Source: Planctomycetales bacterium (GTDB taxonomy: Bacteria > 4484-113). Taken from it: a stretch of DNA of 11,902 bases. The stretch spans positions 12,620 through 24,521 of the forward strand of contig JBBIJQ010000028.1 of assembly GCA_037445915.1 (NCBI GenBank), read 5' to 3'. Below the pieces are notes generated by a model, which saw nothing but the letters and a program-made list of their open reading frames with translations, made no database searches and was not told the origin of the DNA. The position numbers were made by a program, and so were the translations under genes. Shown piece after piece: positions 7,248-11,902 of the stretch (the first letter of the stretch is position 1; each line of letters opens with the position of its first letter).

Positions 7248-9626
7248 CTAATCGTGCACGGTAGGCGTCACGAATACCATGATTTCCGTCCGCTCGGAAG
7301 ACCGGTCTTTGCTTTGGAACAGCTGGCCGAAAAGCGGAATGTCGCCAAGCAAGGGGAACTTACGAAGCGTCTCGCGCTCCTCTTCGGAGAGGAGGCCGGC
7401 GATAACAAAGGTTTCCTGGTCTTTGATGCGGATGGTTGTCGTGACCTGGCGGGTCTGCGTTTCAGGCGCAGTGGCGCCGCTGCCCAGGTCCACGAGACGG
7501 AGCAACGTAGAGACAGACGGGTTCACGTCCATCGTGATGTTGCCTTCCCGGTCCAAGCGTGGCTTGAAGGATAGAGTGATGCCGACAGCCTGGAAGCCGA
7601 CCTCCGGCGGGTTAAATGTAGTGCCGGTGCTCGTGCCGGGTTTCTTGATGTAGGGAATCATACGGCCTGCGAAGTATATGGCTTGCGAGCCGTCAACCGC
7701 CGAAAGGTTTGGCCGCGAAAGGATGCGCGCATTGCCAAGCCGAATCTGGTGGTTCAGCGTGACGATGACGGAAAGCGGGTCGCGGTAGAAGGTCTGCAGG
7801 AACAGCCCCATCGCGATGCCGTCGGCGGCGGCGGGAGTTTCCTCCCGCACTGTAGTTGACGTGCTGTCGGGGACGGTGAACCCGATGTTGCGCAGCCCTG
7901 TATCGCTGATTTCAACGATTGAAGTCTCAAGCGTGATGAGTCGCGGCTTGCGGTCAATGTCCTTGATTATGCTTGCTACGATATCCATCCTTTCCTTCGT
8001 TTCGGTCACGACAATGGTGTTGCGCCTCGCGGTGGAGATAAGGTTCTTGATCTCGCGAATGTCGCCGGCGTTCACGCCTCCTTCGCTTTCGGAGAGGACG
8101 GTGCCGCCAGTGTTGACGGTCAGCGTAGCCGATTCGCCGTTATACACGCCGACGTTCTTTTCGCTGACCACCCCGTTGTCCACGAGCACTTTCTTAACCG
8201 CTTCGGCGTCAGCGTAGTTGAGTTGGAACGTGCGCGTGATGAACCCTCCCAGGCGGCGGCCAATGTCTTCACGCTTACCGATGACGATTGTATTGTGAAC
8301 GATCGTGTACGCAAGGTCGTTTGCGGCGGTAATAGAGTCTAGTGCTTCTCTGAGTGGCGTGTTGCGGAATGATAGCGTCACGGTGGAAGCAGACACTGAG
8401 TCGTCAACGATAACGTTGAACGAAGTAGGGGCCACCATCAGGCTTATCGCCTGCGGCAGGGGCGTCGTGATGCATTCGTAAGTAATGCGCTCGCGCTCAA
8501 TCTGCGGCAGTTTAAGCATAGCCCGGTCCGGGAGAATGTACTGCTGCGCGGTGGACCGTTTAACATTAACATCCCAAGGGTAGGGGCTGGTCCAGCTTCG
8601 GCCATCAGCTTCGTCAATCGCCCGCTTTTTCTCAACGGTGCTCCATGATGGCCTACCACTCTCAGGCTCAGGAGCGAGTTCGCCGCTCTTGCCCGATTCT
8701 TTAGCCGTCGCCGGCTCAATCCTGGGCTCGCCCTCAACCCTGACGATGGTCTCGCCAGGGCTTTTTGCCAATTCCTCTAGCGTCTTTTCGTCAAGGACTT
8801 CAAGTATCGGCGAAGGGGAAGCTTGGGGTTCAGGGGCGGCTGTTGGCTTAGTGGCGACAGGCTGCGCTTCAGGCGTGCCAGCGGGGGCATGTTCAGCCTT
8901 TGGCTTGGGCGCGAAGTCGCTGTAACTGTAATCCTTGGCGCTGTCTTTAGCTTCAAGCTTGAAGCTAACGGGCTTAGATTTTTGCGGCTTTTCGCCGATG
9001 CCGCGCGGGACAAGGAAGCTGCGCTCACCGGAGCTGGGCGGAGATTTAGGCTTTATTGCGCGCGGAGTAGGCTCAACCTTCTTCGCTTCCACGGTGGCCG
9101 GCAGGTTCGTCAGCGGTATGACGCGGTATGCGCCCTTGCTGCTAACCTCCCAGAACCTAACCGGCGGGTCGCGAAAGCCAAGCGGTACCGAGATAAGCTC
9201 AGGCTTGCTATCCGCGCCCTTTGGAATGGCGATGATTAGGCTGTTCTTTTCGCGGTTGAGGGCGATATTGAGCGGCGTTGCCTTCTCGCCCAAGACAAGA
9301 ACCAGCCTGGAACCTGCAGGCGTAGCCTCAACATGGTAGCTCCGCACCCATGGCGAAAGCTCTAACGGGAAGTCGTAAGCTTTCGTGGCCATGGAGGGCG
9401 CGAAGTTGAAGCCGGGGAAATCCACCAGCATCATCCACTCCGCATAGTCAATGCTCTGCTCAAATTGCAGGGCGGAGTCGGACTCTAGCTTCAACGTGAT
9501 GCCGTTATCATCATTCAAGCTGGAGATGCCGGTGATCTCGCTGGCTTGCAAAGACAAGCTGGCGATAAAAACCGCCAGAACAAGCCAGATGGTTGGTCTA
9601 GACATATTTTTGGCCAATTGCCTCAT
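7248..9626 (-). CDS. pilQ: Outer-membrane secretin, type IV pilus PilQ-type, 792 aa
   Basis: C-terminal secretin domain (ARILSRPNL, VGITLSFKP, TRQVTTTIRIKDQETFVIAGLL, PLLGDIPLFGQLF, TEIMVFVTP). N0/STN-like segment (VTLSFRNTPLREALD.I) and N3-like segment (TRTFQLNYADAE...RRNTIVV...IIKDID). Signal peptide and an AMIN-like N-terminus. ATGA overlap with the upstream gene plus a GGGAG SD; alternative start at Met8. Position after pilNO supports PilQ over GspD. Confidence 0.9.
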   Translation of the reverse strand: MRQLAKNMSRPTIWLVLAVFIASLSLQASEITGISSLNDDNGITLKLESDSALQFEQSIDYAEWMMLVDFPGFNFAPSMATKAYDFPLELSPWVRSYHVEATPAGSRLVLVLGEKATPLNIALNREKNSLIIAIPKGADSKPELISVPLGFRDPPVRFWEVSSKGAYRVIPLTNLPATVEAKKVEPTPRAIKPKSPPSSGERSFLVPRGIGEKPQKSKPVSFKLEAKDSAKDYSYSDFAPKPKAEHAPAGTPEAQPVATKPTAAPEPQASPSPILEVLDEKTLEELAKSPGETIVRVEGEPRIEPATAKESGKSGELAPEPESGRPSWSTVEKKRAIDEADGRSWTSPYPWDVNVKRSTAQQYILPDRAMLKLPQIERERITYECITTPLPQAISLMVAPTSFNVIVDDSVSASTVTLSFRNTPLREALDSITAANDLAYTIVHNTIVIGKREDIGRRLGGFITRTFQLNYADAEAVKKVLVDNGVVSEKNVGVYNGESATLTVNTGGTVLSESEGGVNAGDIREIKNLISTARRNTIVVTETKERMDIVASIIKDIDRKPRLITLETSIVEISDTGLRNIGFTVPDSTSTTVREETPAAADGIAMGLFLQTFYRDPLSVIVTLNHQIRLGNARILSRPNLSAVDGSQAIYFAGRMIPYIKKPGTSTGTTFNPPEVGFQAVGITLSFKPRLDREGNITMDVNPSVSTLLRLVDLGSGATAPETQTRQVTTTIRIKDQETFVIAGLLSEEERETLRKFPLLGDIPLFGQLFQSKDRSSERTEIMVFVTPTVHD

Positions 9627-10489
9627 ATGGTTTCTCCCGTAGCAAGCTGGATGACCCGGTTGGTCTTGCGGTCAAAGACCTTTGCTTTACCATTTACTGC
9701 GCCCACGAACACATAGTCGTTTCCGATAATCCATCCGGAGTGCGCCATTACAGTCTCGGTCGCTGTTCCTTTTCCGATGGTGAACAGCGCCGTTGCGTTA
9801 TCGCCGCTCTGCGAGATGCCGGTAAGCGTCACGCGGATTGGCTCGCCCAGCGTTTCGCCAGGCAGTGGCAGTATCGGTATCTCGCCGATTTTCCCGCTCG
9901 GCGGCTTAAACTCAAGATTAGGCGTAGCCCCGCCGGGGGTTGCTAACCCTGGAAGCTGGCCCGGAATGCCCGGCGCTTTGCGCATAGGGACTGGAAAAGC
10001 CGGTGGTTGGAACGGGTTTCCTGAAGGCAGGACCTTGTTCACTTTAAAGAAGCGGGAGTTGGCGAACGCCTTGTCAATCTTCTCGTCCATGAAGCTGATT
10101 TTAGGCAGCTCCACAGGCTTGGTTTCTACAGGCTTTCCAGAAGCGGGCTGCGTAGCATCTGTAGCAGGCTCGGCAGCCTTCTCGGGTTCCTGGGCTATTT
10201 CAGCCCCCTGGGGCTGCTTCGTAGGTTCGCCTGCTGGCCCCTCTGCTGGCTGGCCGCTTTCAAGTTGCGCTGAAGCCTCGCCCTCAGGGGCAGCCGGGTT
10301 AGCGGCTTCTCCTGCTGGCGCAGGCTTCTCCGCTGGAAGCGTTCCCTCCTGGGCAACCGTTGACGGCGGCGCGGCGTCGTCAACAGGTTTCGTAAAGAGC
10401 TTTCCGAACTGGAATGTGACAATTGCGGCCATCGCCAGCACCAGCACTATCGCCAGTATCGTTTTCATTTTGTCGTTGGTGTTTTTCAT
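9623..10489 (-). CDS. Type IV pilus assembly protein in the PilP position (PilP / Thermus PilW-like), TM-anchored, 288 aa
   Basis: Lies between pilO and the secretin. N-terminal hydrophobic helix, long Pro/Ala/Glu linker, GNPF motif (compare the R[DN]PF of PilP), and C-terminal beta-rich domain VTLTGI...ATALF...G..IG resembling the PilP/GspC-HR domain. Confidence 0.6.
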   Translation of the reverse strand: MKNTNDKMKTILAIVLVLAMAAIVTFQFGKLFTKPVDDAAPPSTVAQEGTLPAEKPAPAGEAANPAAPEGEASAQLESGQPAEGPAGEPTKQPQGAEIAQEPEKAAEPATDATQPASGKPVETKPVELPKISFMDEKIDKAFANSRFFKVNKVLPSGNPFQPPAFPVPMRKAPGIPGQLPGLATPGGATPNLEFKPPSGKIGEIPILPLPGETLGEPIRVTLTGISQSGDNATALFTIGKGTATETVMAHSGWIIGNDYVFVGAVNGKAKVFDRKTNRVIQLATGETI

Positions 10490-10507
10490 TCACTCTTTCC
10501 CTGCGGC

Positions 10508-11305
10508 CTATACAGGCGGTTCCTCCGCTACAGGCTCGGCTTCACCGCTGCCGCCAGGCTTGACTTCAATCAAGCCGGGGTCGGCTGGGGGCGTTACCTC
10601 GGTTTCTCTAATCGCAAGCACGCGGTTTAGCTCATCGCGCAGCTTCGCAAACTGCGCGGCAATATCAAGTTTCTCGCCCGTGATATACATCTCGCCTTCA
10701 AGCTCAAAAATGAGGCTTGACCCGCTGAGAAAGTTAGCGCCGCCGCCGGTTGTGGCTTTTTCTGGCTTTCCTTCAATTTTCAGCACGCGGTAAAAGCGGT
10801 TGGAGCGCTTGAGGTTCTCCATAAACGCGAGCACATTCTCAAACGAGCCGCGCACAGCCAAGCCGGTAATCATGAACTGGGTTTTCTCAATGACTGCCTT
10901 GTCCAGCGCTTTCTCCACTTCGGTCTGTGTGCTTGTAGCTTTCGTCAGAACGGGAAGCGCTTTCGGCGGGTCCATTGCGATGCCAAGGACATCTGCGCCG
11001 GCTTTGTCCACGTTCAGCTGGAGAAAGTCAACAAGCTCCTTCTGCTCAGGATCAGATGGGAAGAGCGAAGCCACTTTCATGCTCTCGTTCAGTAAGCGGG
11101 GAAGGTGTTTGGAGATGTTGGGCAGGTCCTTCTGCTTAACGGTCATCGCGGCTTCTTTCTCCTTCAGCGACGTAAGCTCGGCGCCAAGCAGACTCATCTT
11201 CTTGGAAGAGAAATAGTAGGTGCCTGCGATAACCAGCAGGACAACGAAAAGCACGATTCCCGTGTTAGTCCAAACAAGCCTGATTAATTGCTTGCGGTCT
11301 GTCAT
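10508..11305 (-). CDS. pilO: Type IV pilus assembly protein PilO-like, 265 aa
   Basis: N-terminal TM helix, coiled coil ending in LFPSD, and PilO-type motif L.V.GSFENVLAFMENL..SNRFYRV. ATGA overlap (11305-11302) with pilN. Confidence 0.8.
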   Translation of the reverse strand: MTDRKQLIRLVWTNTGIVLFVVLLVIAGTYYFSSKKMSLLGAELTSLKEKEAAMTVKQKDLPNISKHLPRLLNESMKVASLFPSDPEQKELVDFLQLNVDKAGADVLGIAMDPPKALPVLTKATSTQTEVEKALDKAVIEKTQFMITGLAVRGSFENVLAFMENLKRSNRFYRVLKIEGKPEKATTGGGANFLSGSSLIFELEGEMYITGEKLDIAAQFAKLRDELNRVLAIRETEVTPPADPGLIEVKPGGSGEAEPVAEEPPV

Positions 11306-11901
11306 TGCGCCACCGCCCCTTCTCCCGCAGGAGTATTCTTGTCCCCCACGGTGTCAGCCGCGGGCGCAGGTTTCTTTTCTTTCTCGGCGTTTTCCGCTTC
11401 CGTCTGTTTATAGTCCTTAACCCGGACGATGATGCGGAAGCTGCGCGTAACCCCCGTTTCTTCCTCGCTTAGGCTGCTTTCTTGGAGGAACACTTCGGCG
11501 AAATACGGGTCGTCCTGCAAGTTCTTCAGTAATGCCGAAAGAGGAAGCAGCGAGTACCCATTTACAAGCCCGTCAATTACGATATCGCCAGTCCACATAG
11601 GAGGCGCGGGCGCAGATGGCGGCGGCGCTGGTGTGGCAGGTGAGGCCTGTCCGCCTTCAGCGGGCGCAGGGGCAGGGGCAGGGGCAGGGGCCATAGCGGG
11701 AGGCGGAGCAGGAGCTGTAGTGACAACATCCGCCTTCACCGTCTTCAGCCACACTCCCTGCGGAATGTTCGGCTTCAGGTGGTGGAAAAACAGGGGCCAG
11801 TCCACGTACTGCCCGTCAAGGTAAACGAAGAGCTGCTTAAGGCTCTCCAAAGACTTGATGGACTCCTGCGCCATGTCGTAAGCGTCGGAGAACGGCTGAA
11901 G
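11302..11901 (-). CDS. pilN: Type IV pilus assembly protein PilN-like (5'-truncated by the window)
   Basis: The frame is open to the window edge (LQPFSDAYD-MAQES...), so Met at 11874 is internal. PilN-type motifs W..F...L...IPQGVWL, I.IDG, LLKNLQ..PYF..V.L, F.I. Directly upstream of pilO. Confidence 0.8.
   Translation of the reverse strand, partial: LQPFSDAYDMAQESIKSLESLKQLFVYLDGQYVDWPLFFHHLKPNIPQGVWLKTVKADVVTTAPAPPPAMAPAPAPAPAPAEGGQASPATPAPPPSAPAPPMWTGDIVIDGLVNGYSLLPLSALLKNLQDDPYFAEVFLQESSLSEEETGVTRSFRIIVRVKDYKQTEAENAEKEKKPAPAADTVGDKNTPAGEGAVAQ
11666..11691 (+). repeat. Perfect hexanucleotide tandem repeat (GCAGGG)x4 plus GC, encoding (Ala-Pro)n in pilN
   Basis: gcaggg gcaggg gcaggg gcaggg gc read directly at 11666-11691. 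Confidence 0.9.
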
Positions 11902-11902
11902 C

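Noticed and set aside
7248..9626. Type II secretion GspD or type III secretin call
   Set aside because: The PilN-PilO-PilP-like gene order, AMIN-like N-terminus and lack of N1/N2 repeats or an S-domain fit a PilQ-type secretin better, although a T2SS-like role for the machine cannot be excluded from this window.
9777..10793. 338-aa plus-strand ORF
   Set aside because: Antisense to the PilP-like and pilO genes. Its Gly/Ser/Ala-rich composition just mirrors their Pro/Ala-rich codons.
11302..11874. PilN starting at Met 11874 (190 aa, no TM segment)
   Set aside because: The frame continues to the window end, so the missing TM helix and coiled coil are a truncation artefact and not evidence of a pseudogene.
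1..11902. CRISPR array, tRNA/rRNA, IS elements, prophage or defence genes
   Set aside because: Intergenic gaps are all about 100 bp or less. I saw no spaced direct repeats, cloverleaf structures, or transposase, integrase or nuclease motifs.

Overview
GC-rich (roughly 55-60% by eye) bacterial chromosomal window, almost entirely coding on the minus strand. In transcription order (right to left): the 3' part of a type IV pilus/competence assembly operon (partial pilN, pilO, a membrane-anchored PilP/PilW-position protein, and a 792-aa PilQ-type secretin), a closely linked exported protein of probable LolA/DUF4412-like fold, two tandem SurA/PrsA-like chaperones that both seem to lack the parvulin PPIase domain, and a ppdK-eno pair with its own candidate promoter. 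The left edge holds the 3' end of a convergent plus-strand gene with a Gly/Ser linker. I saw no RNA genes, CRISPR arrays or mobile elements. The most notable observations are (i) near-absence of the palindrome TCGA (one site found by eye in 11.9 kb), (ii) a possible secretin assembly/folding module (LolA-like gene plus two PPIase-less chaperones), (iii) competing hairpins over the ribosome-binding site of the second chaperone gene, and (iv) long Pro/Ala-rich spacers across the pilus components. All family calls come from motif recognition by eye, not from database searches.
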